A model generated the notes under the pieces. It was given only the letters and a program-made list of their open reading frames with translations. It had not been told where the DNA came from and did not search any database. From an uncultured Solirubrobacterales bacterium (GTDB taxonomy: Bacteria; Actinomycetota; Thermoleophilia; Solirubrobacterales; 70-9), in contig CAWABN010000016.1 in assembly GCA_963780305.1 (NCBI GenBank), positions 15,585-79,584 of the forward strand: a stretch of DNA of 64,000 nucleotides. The letters run 5' to 3'. The position numbers were made by a program, and so were the translations under genes. This document shows, piece after piece, positions 29,931-39,692 of the stretch. The stretch's first letter is position 1, and every line of letters starts with the position of its first letter.

Positions 29931-30622
29931 TGACCCACCCGAGCCACGACGATCTCACCGGCTACGCGCTCGGCGCCCTCGACCCCGAAGAGGAGCGGAC
30001 GGTGTCGAGGCACGTGCCCGATTGCGAGCGCTGCTCGACCGAGCTGCGCGAGCGAATCTACCCCGCGGTCGGCGTGCTTGCCGAGTCGGTTCCCCAGCTG
30101 GAGCCGCCGCCCGAGCTTCGCGAGCGCCTGCTCGAGATCGTCAGGGCAGAGGCCGAGGTCAAGGCCGAGCCGGCGAAGGCCGGCAGGGGACGCCGGAGCC
30201 GGCTCGGCCGCCTCGTCCTGAGGCCGGCCGCCGGGCTGGCGGTGCTCGCGGTGGTCGCCGCCGGGGTTGCCGGCTACCTGGTGGCCAACGACGGCGACGA
30301 GGGTGGCGGCGGCGTAAGCACGGTCCCGGTCACCCAGGCCGGTGCCGGAATCGGCGGCTCGCTGGTGGTCGCCGAGGACTCGGCGATGCTCAGCGTCCAC
30401 GGAATGCCCCAGCTTCCGCAGGGCGCCGTCTACCAGCTCTGGGTCGCGCGGGGGTCATCGGTCACGCCCAGCTCCACCTTCGTCCCCGACGCAACCGGCC
30501 GTGGCACCGCCGTAGTTCCGGAGTCTCTGCCCGCGGGCAGCCAGGTGCTGGTCACCCGCGAGTCCGGTCCTGGCCATCAGGCACCGACGAGCAAGCCGCT
30601 GCTCGGCGCCCGGGTCGACTGA
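29930..30622 (+). CDS. Anti-sigma-K factor RskA-like (zf-HC2 N-terminus, TM helix, RskA C-terminal domain)
   Basis: The start overlaps the sigma factor stop (TGATG). LTGYALGALDPEE..H..C..C, one TM helix, and a C-terminal region ..AVYQLWV....VTRE. Confidence 0.8.
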   Translation: MTHPSHDDLTGYALGALDPEEERTVSRHVPDCERCSTELRERIYPAVGVLAESVPQLEPPPELRERLLEIVRAEAEVKAEPAKAGRGRRSRLGRLVLRPAAGLAVLAVVAAGVAGYLVANDGDEGGGGVSTVPVTQAGAGIGGSLVVAEDSAMLSVHGMPQLPQGAVYQLWVARGSSVTPSSTFVPDATGRGTAVVPESLPAGSQVLVTRESGPGHQAPTSKPLLGARVD

Positions 30623-30664
30623 GAGTCGGCGGGCCCGCTTCACCTCTCATCTACGCTCCCGTCG

Positions 30665-31485
30665 ATGCAGACCTGCTATCGGCACCCGAACCGGGAGACC
30701 GGCGTCTCCTGCTCCAACTGCGGCCGGCCGATCTGCCCGGAGTGCATGACCTCGACCCCGGTCGGGATGCGCTGCCCGGAGTGCGCCAAGCAGCGGACCA
30801 AGGTGAGAAGCGGTACCGGCGCCCTTATCGGCGCCCAGCACCCCGTATGCGACCTATGCGCTGATCGCGATCAACGTGGTCGCCTTCTTCGCCGAGATCG
30901 GCGCCGGCGGTGGCCTCACCGCGGGCCAGCTGATCCAGGACGGCGGCGTGTTCGGCCCGGGGATCGCCGACGGCGAGTGGTACCGGATCGTCACCGGAGC
31001 ATTCCTCCATGCGGGGCCTCTGCACCTGCTCTTCAACATGTACGTCCTCTACATCGCCGGGAACCCTGCTCGAGCCGGGGATCGGCACGCCGCGCTTCCT
31101 CGCGATCTACTTCATCTCGCTGCTCGCCGGTTCCTTCGGAGCGCTCTTGCTCGACCCGAACACGGTCACGGTCGGCGCCTCCGGGGCGATCTTCGGCCTG
31201 ATGGCGGCGGTGGTGGTGGTCGCCCGCGGGCGCGGCAGGGAGGAGCTCGCAACCCAGTTCGGCCTCTTCATCGTCCTCAACCTGGCGCTCACCTTCGCGA
31301 TCCCCGGGATCTCGATCGGCGGTCACCTCGGCGGGCTGATCGGAGGCGGAGTCGCGGCGCTGCTTCTGGTCGGGGTTGAGCGGCAGGCACCCGCCCGGGT
31401 TGGAACCGCCTTCGAGGTCGGCGGCCTGCTCCTCCTGGCGATCGGCGCTCTCGCCGGGGCGATGGTCGCCGCGAGCTCCGCTTAG
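30665..31485 (+). CDS. Rhomboid family intramembrane serine protease with N-terminal zinc ribbon (two frameshifts)
   Basis: CYRHPNRETGVSCSNCGRPICPEC..RCPEC, WYRIVTGAFLHAGPLHLLFNMYVLY, catalytic GASGAIFG and GGHLGG, spread over three ORF fragments. Confidence 0.85.
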
Positions 31486-31498
31486 CATCTCCCTGCCG

Positions 31499-32305
31499 AT
31501 GAATACGCCTCTTCGCCGGCTGGCAAGGCTCATGGCACTGGCCGCCGTCGGTGGCTTCGCTGCCCTCGGCCTGATCGCCTGCGGGAATGACTCATCGAAT
31601 TCGGCCGTTGCGGCGACGAGCGCGGAGGACCTGTCAGCCCAGCTCTCCGCCAACGACGTCGCCCTCCGGGAGGCGATCGACGGCTGGCGGGGCGCCGGAG
31701 ACCCACCGACGGAGCCGCCACCGGATGAGGTGGTCGCGCCGGCGCGGTTCCTCGAGGAGGCAGCTCGCCTGCTCGCCGCCCATCCCAATCTGGCGACCGC
31801 GACTTTCGGTCTCCTCCCGGCCGCGCTTGCGAGCGAGGTCCGCGAGTTGACCCGGGCGGCGCGCGACCTGCGGAAGCTCTCCGGTGGCGCTCGGCCGCGG
31901 AAGCTGAAGACCGCCCCGCCGAAGCCGCTGGCCGATCTGGTCGGCTATTACGGCGCCGCCCGAGAGCGCTACGCGATCGGGGAGAACTACCTCGCGGCGA
32001 TCCACCTGGTCGAGTCGAAGTTCGGGCGAGTGAAGAGCAACAGCGTCGCCGGAGCCAAGGGGCCGATGCAGTTCATCCCCTCTACCTGGCGCATCTACGG
32101 GATGGGCGGGAACATCAAGGACGACCACGACGCGATCCTCGCCGCCGCCAACCTGCTTCGCGACTCGGGCGCCCCGCGGAGCTACGGCCGCGCCCTCTAC
32201 TCGTACAACCCCTCGCGGCTCTACGTCGGCGCCGTCCAGCGCTACGCGAAGCTGATCGTCCGCGACCCCGACGCGCTCTATTTCCTCTACTGCTGGGAGC
32301 CCTAG
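31499..32305 (+). CDS. Lytic transglycosylase (SLT domain) lipoprotein
   Basis: ATG at 31499. Lipobox LGLIACG. SLT core LAAIHLVESKFGR..GAKGPMQFIPSTW..YSYNPS..Y. Confidence 0.8.
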   Translation: MNTPLRRLARLMALAAVGGFAALGLIACGNDSSNSAVAATSAEDLSAQLSANDVALREAIDGWRGAGDPPTEPPPDEVVAPARFLEEAARLLAAHPNLATATFGLLPAALASEVRELTRAARDLRKLSGGARPRKLKTAPPKPLADLVGYYGAARERYAIGENYLAAIHLVESKFGRVKSNSVAGAKGPMQFIPSTWRIYGMGGNIKDDHDAILAAANLLRDSGAPRSYGRALYSYNPSRLYVGAVQRYAKLIVRDPDALYFLYCWEP

Positions 32306-32311
32306 TCGCGC

Positions 32312-33016
32312 TCAGGGACGCAACCGGCGGATCCTGCCAACAGCCCCGCCGGCGGCCCCGAGCGACTTCGAGACGACCACGCGCGCGAGTCTGGTGGTAG
32401 CCGAGACGACCTCGGCGGCCGCGTCTGTGACCGACTCGTCCTCGGCGCTCGCCGGCTGGGGCTCGACCGGGCGCTCGGCGGTCGGCTCCTCGACCCCGCG
32501 CTGGCTGCCGCCGAAGCGCTTCGAGGCGAGCGGGTCCTGCCTCTCATCCTTCTCCGCCGGTTTCGCGGCGACAGCGCGGCGCTCCGCCTCCTTCTTCAGG
32601 TCCTCGACCGATCCCTTCAGGGTCTGCTTGTGGGCGCGGCGCGCGACCGGGCCCGGCAGGGGGATGCCCACCTCGAGCCCGAAGTTGTAGGTCGCCCTGG
32701 TGCGCCCGTCGCCGAGATCCTCGAAGGTGTAGGTGCCGTCGGCGTCGTTGATCCCGTTTCCCTCGACGAAGTCCCACTCGATCAGGGTCGGACGCCGATA
32801 GCGGTAATCGAGCGTGTAGTCGACCTTGCGGACCTTGGCGTCGACGATCAGGTTCACCTTCTTGCCCAGACCGTCCTTGTGGCGGTCGAGGACCTCGGTG
32901 TCGACCACCGCCCGCTGCCACTCGGGAAAGCTCTCGTAGTCGACGATCGCCTCGAAGCAGGTTTCGATCGGCGCCTCGATCTCGACCGTATGCTCGGCCC
33001 AGTTCAGGCCGCCCAT
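32312..33016 (-). CDS. SRPBCC family protein with a disordered C-terminal tail
   Basis: ATG at 33016 follows GGAGGAG. WAEHTVEIEAPIETCFEAIVDYESFPEWQ.. The tail is acidic and Ala-rich. Confidence 0.75.
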   Translation of the reverse strand: MGGLNWAEHTVEIEAPIETCFEAIVDYESFPEWQRAVVDTEVLDRHKDGLGKKVNLIVDAKVRKVDYTLDYRYRRPTLIEWDFVEGNGINDADGTYTFEDLGDGRTRATYNFGLEVGIPLPGPVARRAHKQTLKGSVEDLKKEAERRAVAAKPAEKDERQDPLASKRFGGSQRGVEEPTAERPVEPQPASAEDESVTDAAAEVVSATTRLARVVVSKSLGAAGGAVGRIRRLRP

Positions 33017-33040
33017 AGGTCGCTCCTCCATATAAGAAGG

Positions 33041-33958
33041 TCACCTGCGCGGGACGGCACGGTCACCGGCGCCCACCTCCTCGAAATCGACTCCCGCGGG
33101 CGCCTCAACCCTATCCGGGTGGAGCAGATGCGCGAGCAGCTCGGTGCCCTCGACCAGCCGCGGGCCCGGGCGCGAGAACGAGGAAGCGGCGTCGACCGCC
33201 CAGACCCGCGCCGGCTCGGCGGCGACGAGCTCGATGGCGTGCTCCTGCACCTCCTCGACCGCACGCTCGGCATCCCAGCCGCAGGGCATCGCAACCACCA
33301 CCTCCGGCCGGGCAGCCGCCAGCTCCTCCCAGTCGGCAGTGCGTGATTTGGTCCCCGCCTCGCCGAGGACATCCAGCCCACCGGCGCTCTCGATCATCTC
33401 CGGCACCCAGTGACCGCCGATGAAAGGCGGGTCGAGCCATTCGAGCGCCAGCACCCGGGGCCGGGACGCGCCGGCAACCGCCTCGCGAATCGCGTCCAGC
33501 CGGGAGGAGAGCTGGTCGCGAAGCTCGGCGGCCTGCCTGGCGGCGCCCGCCGCCTCGCCCAGGCGGCTGACGTCGGCGAGCACCTCGGCGAGCCGCTCGG
33601 GGTCGAGCGAGATCACCGCGGGCCGGGTGGGAAGTCGCTGGGCCACCGCGACCACGTCCTCGTAGGAGACCGCGCAGACCTCGCAGACGGCTTGGGTGAC
33701 GATCAGGTCTACCCGCAGCTCGCTCAGGATCGCCTCGTCGAGCTCATAGAGGTGCCGCCCCTCGCCGGTGCGCTCCCGGACCGCGGCGTCGATCTCCCGC
33801 GCGGAGAGCCCCTCGGGGATGACGCTGCGGGTCAGCTGGCGGCGCGAGGCGGCCTCCGGGGGGAAGTCGCACTCGTGGGTGACGCCGACTACTTGCTCGC
33901 CGAGCCCAAGAGCGAATAGCATCTCGGTGGCCGAAGGGACTAGGCTCGCGATGCGCAC
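33041..33958 (-). CDS. BtuF/FecB-like cobalamin- or siderophore-binding protein domain (no signal peptide)
   Basis: GTG at 33958 gives (M)RIASLVPSATEMLFALGLGEQVVGVTHECDFP.., typical of this family. 305 aa. Confidence 0.75.
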   Translation of the reverse strand: MRIASLVPSATEMLFALGLGEQVVGVTHECDFPPEAASRRQLTRSVIPEGLSAREIDAAVRERTGEGRHLYELDEAILSELRVDLIVTQAVCEVCAVSYEDVVAVAQRLPTRPAVISLDPERLAEVLADVSRLGEAAGAARQAAELRDQLSSRLDAIREAVAGASRPRVLALEWLDPPFIGGHWVPEMIESAGGLDVLGEAGTKSRTADWEELAAARPEVVVAMPCGWDAERAVEEVQEHAIELVAAEPARVWAVDAASSFSRPGPRLVEGTELLAHLLHPDRVEAPAGVDFEEVGAGDRAVPRR

Positions 33959-33967
33959 CCTTCGAAT

Positions 33968-34246
33968 ATGGCACTTCTTAGCGACGAGGAGATCAAGACC
34001 AGGCTCGGCGAGCTCAGCGGCTGGCGCCAGCGGGGCGAGTTCATCGTCAAGAGCTTCGACCGCGGAGACTTCGTCGGTTCGGTCAAGTTTGTCGACTCGA
34101 TTGCGGAGCCGGCGGAGGAGATGAATCACCACCCTGACATCGCGATCTCCTGGAGCCAGGTCGAGGTCGCGATCTCGACCCACGCCGAGGGCGGCCTCAC
34201 CGAGAACGACTTCGAGCTCGCGAAGAAGGTCGAGGAGCTGGCCTAG
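33968..34246 (+). CDS. 4a-hydroxytetrahydrobiopterin (pterin-4a-carbinolamine) dehydratase
   Basis: 92 aa with L..W......I.K.F.F..F..A..F...IA..AE..NHHPD motifs. Confidence 0.9.
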   Translation: MALLSDEEIKTRLGELSGWRQRGEFIVKSFDRGDFVGSVKFVDSIAEPAEEMNHHPDIAISWSQVEVAISTHAEGGLTENDFELAKKVEELA

Positions 34247-34419
34247 CCGGGGCGTTCCCTCCTGCCTGCGCGCCTCGCGCCTCGCGCCTTAGCCTGTCGG
34301 GTCTGCTGCTAGCCTTGGCCGGTCGCCGATGAACGACGACGACCCCTCGAGTACCGGCTCCCCAGCGGGAGTGAGCGCGCCGACTTCCCCGCCCGCGCAC
34401 GCCTGACCGGGAGGAGCCG

Positions 34420-35729
34420 ATGACCGGCGTTCTCCTCGTCGTCCTGTTCCTGTTGATCGCGATCAACGGGTTGTTCGTCGCTGCCGAGTTTGCTCTGGTC
34501 AGGGCAAGGCGTAGCCGGATCGAGCAGCTGGCTGAGCGACGAGGCCCGCGGCGCGAGCGTCGGCCATGGAGCAGCTCGAGCGGATCGACGAGTACCTATC
34601 CGCCTGCCAGCTGGGGATCACGATGGCCTCGATCGGGATCGGCTTCCTCGGCGAGCCGGCGGTCGCCAGGCTGATCGAGCCGGTCTTCGGGGACCTCAGC
34701 CATGGCGTCGCCACGCGCTGATCTCGGTGGGACTCGCCTACGCGATCGTCACCGCACTCCACGTGGTGGTGGGCGAGCAGGCGCCGAAGCTGTTCGCGAT
34801 CTCCCGGCCCGAGAGCAGCCTGCGCTTCCTCGCCCGCCCCCTGCAGGTCTTCCGACTGATCAGCGCCCCGATCACGGTCGGGCTGACCGCGGCCGCCAAC
34901 TGCGATCGTCCGCCTCTTCGGAGTGCGGCCCGCCGACTTCGGGGAGAGGCACACCACCTCCGAGGATCTCAAGGCGCTGATCTCGCAGTCGGCGGTCGGC
35001 GGCGACCTCGACCGGGGCGAGGCGGTGATGCTGAGCGGGGTATTCCACCTACACGAGCAGGAGGCGCGCGAGGTGATGACGCCGATCCCGGCGGTGGTCA
35101 CCGTCGACTACTCGTCGAACGTCTCGGATGCTCTCACCCTGTGCATCTCCTCGGGGCACAACCGCCTGGTGGTGGTGGAGGACGGAAACGCGGACCGGGT
35201 CAGGGGCATCGTTCACGCGCTGCGCCTGGTACGGCTGATGATGGCCGAGGGGCCAGAGGCGAAGATCGAGTCGGCCGTCCGCGACGCTCTGATCGTCCCG
35301 GAGACGAAGCCGCTCGACGACCTGCTCACCGAGCTGCAGCGCCAGCGCTCCTCGATGGGAGTGGTGGTGGACGAATACGGCCGGACGGTTGGGATCGTCA
35401 CGGTCGAGGACATCCTCGAGGAGGTGGTGGGGGAGATCGAGGACGAGACCGACCCCCTGGCCGGCTCGCTTCGCCAGCTCACCAACGGTGACTGGTACGT
35501 GCGCGGACACGTCTCCCTCGGCGATCTCTCCGACCGCGGCATCGAGCTGCCGGTCGACACCGATGCCTACAACTCGATCGGCGGCTACGTCTTCGGGGAG
35601 CTCGGGCGGCTGCCGAAGCGGGGCGACGTGATCAGCGCCGATGGTTTCGAGATCCGGGTGGAGTCGGTGCGCGAAAACCGGGTCGAGGCGGTTCGGATTC
35701 ACCCCGCCGCCGGCCAGGACCCCCGTTAG
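34420..35729 (+). pseudogene. CNNM/HlyC-CorC family transporter (DUF21-CBS-CorC_HlyC). The DUF21 part is frame-broken (at least 3 changes).
   Basis: LLIAINGLFVAAEFALVRARRSRIEQLA, LHVVVGEQAPKLFAI, a CBS pair (..VMTPIPAVVTVD..), GVVVDEYGRTVGIVTVEDILEEVVGEIEDE and the CorC C-terminus. Confidence 0.85.
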
Positions 35730-35810
35730 CAGGGCTTTTCCCTTCCGTCCGTTTACAGCTCTAGCTTGCCCGCAATCGGGTCCGCCTGGGACTCGCCCCG
35801 AGGAGGCCGC

Positions 35811-36122
35811 ATGTGGATCGTTCGGCTCAGCGATAAGCAGCTCGAGGTGGTGAGGGCGGTGCTCCGCTCGGAGGAGCATCGTGGGCCGGCGCTGGAGGGA
35901 GCGCTCGAGGCGCTCGACCTCGCCCGCTGGGACGATCTCCCCGAGGCGCAGCTGCCCTGGACCGAGGTCGAGACCGAGGCCGACAAGCAGGGTGTCTCCG
36001 AAGCCGACGTGATCTGGGATCGTTGCGGGCGCCATGAGGAGCCCGCCGTCCCCCCGATCCGCGCCCGCGCCCGGCGCCGCGCGAAGCGCAAGGGCAAGGC
36101 GCCGGACAAGCGCGCGGCTTAG
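35811..36122 (+). CDS. Hypothetical protein with a basic C-terminal tail
   Basis: ATG at 35811, 4 nt after AGGAGG (35801-35806). 103 aa, no recognisable domain. Its last 89 nt overlap the candidate start region of the next gene. Confidence 0.45.
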   Translation: MWIVRLSDKQLEVVRAVLRSEEHRGPALEGALEALDLARWDDLPEAQLPWTEVETEADKQGVSEADVIWDRCGRHEEPAVPPIRARARRRAKRKGKAPDKRAA

Positions 36123-36975
36123 CGCCGCGCTGCTCGGCGCAGCGCTGGCGGTCCTCGCCGGCGTTGGGTGTGGGTCAGACGCACTCCAGCCCGGACCGGT
36201 TCGACTCCGCGCGGGCATTCGACCTGATCGAGCGCCAGGTCGCCTTTGGGCCCCGACCCGCGGGCTCGGAGGCCTCGCAGGCTCTCGGTCGTGAGCTGCG
36301 GCGCGAGCTTCCGAACTTCCAGGTTCAGCCGCTGGCCGGAGGACTGCTGAATCTGATCAGCGTCATCCCCGGGGAGCAGCCCGCGATCGTCGTCGGTGCG
36401 CACTACGACACCGAGGCGACCATCCCCGACTTCGTCGGCGCCAACGACGGGGCCGCCGGCACCGCGGCCGTGGTCGAGCTTGCGAAGGTCCTCCCCGGGT
36501 TGCTGCCGAAGGGCCACCGCGAGGTCCGCTTCGTCCTCTTCGATGGCGAGGAGGAGCCCGCCGGCTGCCCCGAGGGGTTGTTCTACCAGTGCGCCCTTCG
36601 GGGCTCGAAGGCCTACGTCGCCGCCCATCCGGGCGAGATCGGGGAGATGATCCTCCTCGACTACATCGCCAACAAGGGCCTCCAGATTCCCCGGGAGCAG
36701 AACTCGCGATCCGGCGCTCTGGTCGCGGCTGCGCGAGGCCGCCGCCGAGGTCGGCGCCGAGGGCTACTTCCCCGACGCAGACGCAGCCGCCGATCATCGA
36801 CGACCACATCCCGTTCCTCCAGGCCGGGGTCCCGTCGATCGACCTGATCGACTTCTCCTATCTGTACGCCGACACCGCTCAGGACACCGTCGACAAGCTC
36901 GATCCCGCTGCCCTCGACGCGGTCGGGGAGACCGTCGCGGAGCTGGTCATCACCCTGAGCGAGCCGGCTCAGTAG
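36034..36975 (+). pseudogene. M28 family peptidase / glutaminyl-cyclase-like lipoprotein, frame-broken (at least 3 changes)
   Basis: Lipobox LAVLAGVGCG, then in other frames FDSARAFDLIERQV, VVGAHYDT, GANDGAAGTAAVVELA, FVLFDGEE and IDDHIPFLQAGVPSIDLID. The start is uncertain. Confidence 0.7.
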
Positions 36976-37794
36976 CTGAAGAAGCCCTCGCCCGACTTCC
37001 GGCCGAGCTTGCCCTCGCTGACCAGAGCTGATCAGGCGCCCGGGCGGGCGGTGGTGCTCCTCGCCGCTGTCGGCGTAGAGCGCCTCGCCGATCGCGACCG
37101 CGACGTCGACGCCGACCAGGTCGATCAGCGCCAGCGGCCCCATCGGGTAGCCGGCGCCGAGGGTCATGCAGCGGTCGACCTCCTCCGCCTTCATCCCGGT
37201 CTGCTCGAGCAGCCGCACCGCGTCGAATAGGTAGGGGAAGAGCAGCCGGTTGACGACGAAGCCAGGCTCGTCGGGGACCTCGACCACCGTCTTCCCGAAG
37301 CCCTCGCACCAGGCGCGGGCCCGCCCCCCGATTCCCTCGCGGGCGGCGCTCGGGAGGCAGAGCTCGATCAGCTCCATCCTCACCACCGGGTTGAACGGGT
37401 GTAGCCCGAAGACGCGATCGGGGTGGCCGCTGCGCGAGCCGAGCTCGGCGAGCGGCAGCGCCGAGGTCGTCGTCGCGAGGTCCGCCTCGGGGCAGGTCTC
37501 GCCGAGGGTCTTCAGCAGCTCGGCCTTCGGCTCGAGCTCCTCGACGATCGACTCGATCGCCAGATCGCTCGATTCGAGGTCGGCGGTCTCGGTGGTCACC
37601 TTGATCCGCCTCGGGTCCGCGTCGTCGACCTTGGCGGAGAGCGAGGTCGCCCGCTCCTCGGCCCGCCAGGCGGAGGCGTCGGAGCGCGCCAGCAGCATCA
37701 CCTTCGAGCTGGCGCTCGCGCAGGCGGCCAGCCCGCAGGCGATCGTGCCGCTCCCGGCGATCGCCGGCCGCTCGTATGTCTCCGCGCCCACCAC
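36969..37794 (-). CDS. 3-hydroxybutyryl/3-hydroxyacyl-CoA dehydrogenase (one frameshift near 37030)
   Basis: IAGSGTIACGLA Rossmann motif, GLHPFNPV, PGFVVNRLLFPY, GAGYPMGPLALIDLVG. The C-terminus ..GRKSGEGFFSY is reached after a shift. Confidence 0.85.
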
Positions 37795-37891
37795 CGGCCG
37801 AGTTGTCTATCACGCTAGGCCTCCCGGCTAGCCGTCATCGCCCCGCGAAAGCCGAGTTAGGGGTAACCTCGCCGCGAGAGGAAGGCCCTGG

Positions 37892-37907
37892 TTGACTCGC
37901 CAGTCAA
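37892..37907. promoter_or_regulatory. Palindromic operator candidate in the hbd/thiolase divergent spacer
   Basis: TTGACT-CGCC-AGTCAA, a perfect 6-4-6 dyad. A near-identical site lies at 43789-43802. Confidence 0.4.
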
Positions 37908-37968
37908 TTGGGTATGCTCTGTTGGCCAAGCTTGGTTGCATCAAACAACTGACTCAGGAGGCGAAGAC

Positions 37969-39156
37969 GTGGCTGAGAACGGGAACTTCCAGGGCCGTGA
38001 GGTCGTCATCGTGGAGGCGGCTCGGACGCCCGTCGGCCGCGGCCACGAGGAGAAGGGCTACTACAAGGACACCCATCCCTCGAACCTTCTGGCGAAGACC
38101 TACTCGACCGTGATCGAGCGGGCAGGCATCGACCCCTCCGAGGTCGAGGACGTGGTCGCCGGCTGTGTCCAGCAGTTCGGCGAGCAGGGCATCAACATCG
38201 CCCGCAACGCCTGGCTCGAAGCGGGGCTGCCGGTCGAGACCCCCGCGACCACCGTCGACCGCCAGTGCGGCTCGGCCCAGCAAGCCGTCAACTTCGCCGC
38301 CGCCCTGATCGCCTCCGGCGTCCACGACGTCGCGATCGGCGGCGGCGTCGAGCACATGGGTCACATCTCCTTCGCCGACTCGATGGAGGTGATGAAGGAG
38401 CACGGGATGGCCTTCTCTCCCGAGCTGATGAAGCGCTACAACCTCGTCCCCCAGGGCATCTCGGCCGAGATGATCGCCGACAAATGGGAGATCCCCCGCT
38501 CGGAGCTCGACGAGATCGGCCTCCGCTCTCACACTCTGGCCCACCAGGCGACCGAGGAGGGCCGCTTCGAGCGCGAGATGATCCCCTGGAAGTCAAACGG
38601 CGACACCTACGTCACCGACCAGGGCATCCGCCCGCCCACAGAGGACAGCCTCGAGAAGCTCGCCTCGCTGAAGCCGGCGTTCAAGGAGGACGGCAAGATC
38701 ACCGCCGGCAACTCCTCGCAGGTCTCGGACGGCGCCGCCGCGGTGCTGCTGATGACCCGCGAGAAGGCCGACGAGCTCGGCCTGAAGCCCCGTGCCCGGC
38801 TCGTTGACCAGACCACGGTCGGGGTCGACCCGGTGCTCATGCTCACCGGCCCGATCCCCGCGACCAGGAAGATCCTCGAGCGCAACGGGATGAAGATGGA
38901 CGACATCGACCTGATCGAGATCAATGAGGCCTTCGCCTCGGTGGTCGCGGCCTGGCGGCGAGAGCTGGAGCCCGACATGGACCGGGTCAACGTCAACGGT
39001 GGCGCGATCGCGATCGGCCACCCGCTCGGCTCGACCGGCGCCCGTCTGATCACCACCCTGCTACACGAGCTGGAGCGCTCCGACAAGGAGACGGGCCTGG
39101 TGACGATGTGCTGCGGCGGCGGACTCGGCACCGGCACGCTGATCCAGCGGGTCTGA
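37969..39156 (+). CDS. Acetyl-CoA acetyltransferase (thiolase)
   Basis: GTG at 37969, 7 nt after AGGAGG. VIVEAARTPVGRG, VDRQCGSAQQA, NEAFA and the C-terminal CCGGGLGTG motifs. Intact. Confidence 0.9.
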   Translation: MAENGNFQGREVVIVEAARTPVGRGHEEKGYYKDTHPSNLLAKTYSTVIERAGIDPSEVEDVVAGCVQQFGEQGINIARNAWLEAGLPVETPATTVDRQCGSAQQAVNFAAALIASGVHDVAIGGGVEHMGHISFADSMEVMKEHGMAFSPELMKRYNLVPQGISAEMIADKWEIPRSELDEIGLRSHTLAHQATEEGRFEREMIPWKSNGDTYVTDQGIRPPTEDSLEKLASLKPAFKEDGKITAGNSSQVSDGAAAVLLMTREKADELGLKPRARLVDQTTVGVDPVLMLTGPIPATRKILERNGMKMDDIDLIEINEAFASVVAAWRRELEPDMDRVNVNGGAIAIGHPLGSTGARLITTLLHELERSDKETGLVTMCCGGGLGTGTLIQRV

Positions 39157-39692
39157 GTCGTCTCCCCATAGCGGCGCTCGTGCCATTCCTGCTGCTTGCG
39201 GGAGTGGCAGTCGCTGGCTGCGCCGGTGACGACGCCGATGGCGATGACGAGCGGGTGAGGACCTCTGGACCGCCGGTCCCGAGCAAGCGCGATTACATCT
39301 CACAGGCTGACGGCCTCTGCGCGTTCTATGAGAGCCGTGTCGAGGAGCTCGGCAAGGAGCGCTTCGGGCTGAACGCCAAGGACTTCAAGGTGCTGCCCTC
39401 AGGGCAGATCGTCTTCAGGGCGGGACACCGCCCCGGCGACGCCGCGATCGAGGACTTCGTCCTCGGCACCGCCGTGCCCAACCTGCGGGAGGAGCTGGAC
39501 GAGGTCCGGGCGATCACCCCTCCCGCCGGCGACGAGGCCGAGGTCGCCGCGATCTTCGACGCCGCGTCCCGGGCCGTCGATCGCCTCGAGGCCGACCCGG
39601 CGACCTTTGCCGACGATGCGGCGGTGCGGAGGCTGTTCGCGGACGCGCGGAGGACCGGCCGCCGCTACGGGCTCCAGGAGTGCGGGCTGTGA
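39108..39692 (+). CDS. Hypothetical lipoprotein
   Basis: Signal MLRRRTRHRH..LLLAGVAVAGC (lipobox). It overlaps the thiolase 3' end by 49 nt if ATG 39108 is used. No domain recognised. Confidence 0.55.
   Translation: MLRRRTRHRHADPAGLSRLPIAALVPFLLLAGVAVAGCAGDDADGDDERVRTSGPPVPSKRDYISQADGLCAFYESRVEELGKERFGLNAKDFKVLPSGQIVFRAGHRPGDAAIEDFVLGTAVPNLREELDEVRAITPPAGDEAEVAAIFDAASRAVDRLEADPATFADDAAVRRLFADARRTGRRYGLQECGL

Noticed and set aside
33956-33970. The BtuF-like gene (GTG at 33958, minus strand) and the pterin dehydratase gene (ATG at 33968, plus strand) start only 9 bp apart. I considered a shared bidirectional or leaderless promoter.
   Set aside because: I could not find convincing -10 elements at leaderless spacing for either gene. 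The promoters probably lie inside the neighbouring coding regions, or the starts are slightly different. This is not supportable from sequence alone.
34247-34419. A 170-nt leader upstream of the CNNM/CorC transporter, examined for a metal riboswitch (M-box, yybP-ykoY or similar).
   Set aside because: I recognised no conserved riboswitch core sequences or convincing multi-stem architecture. There is only a short GCGCCTC tandem.
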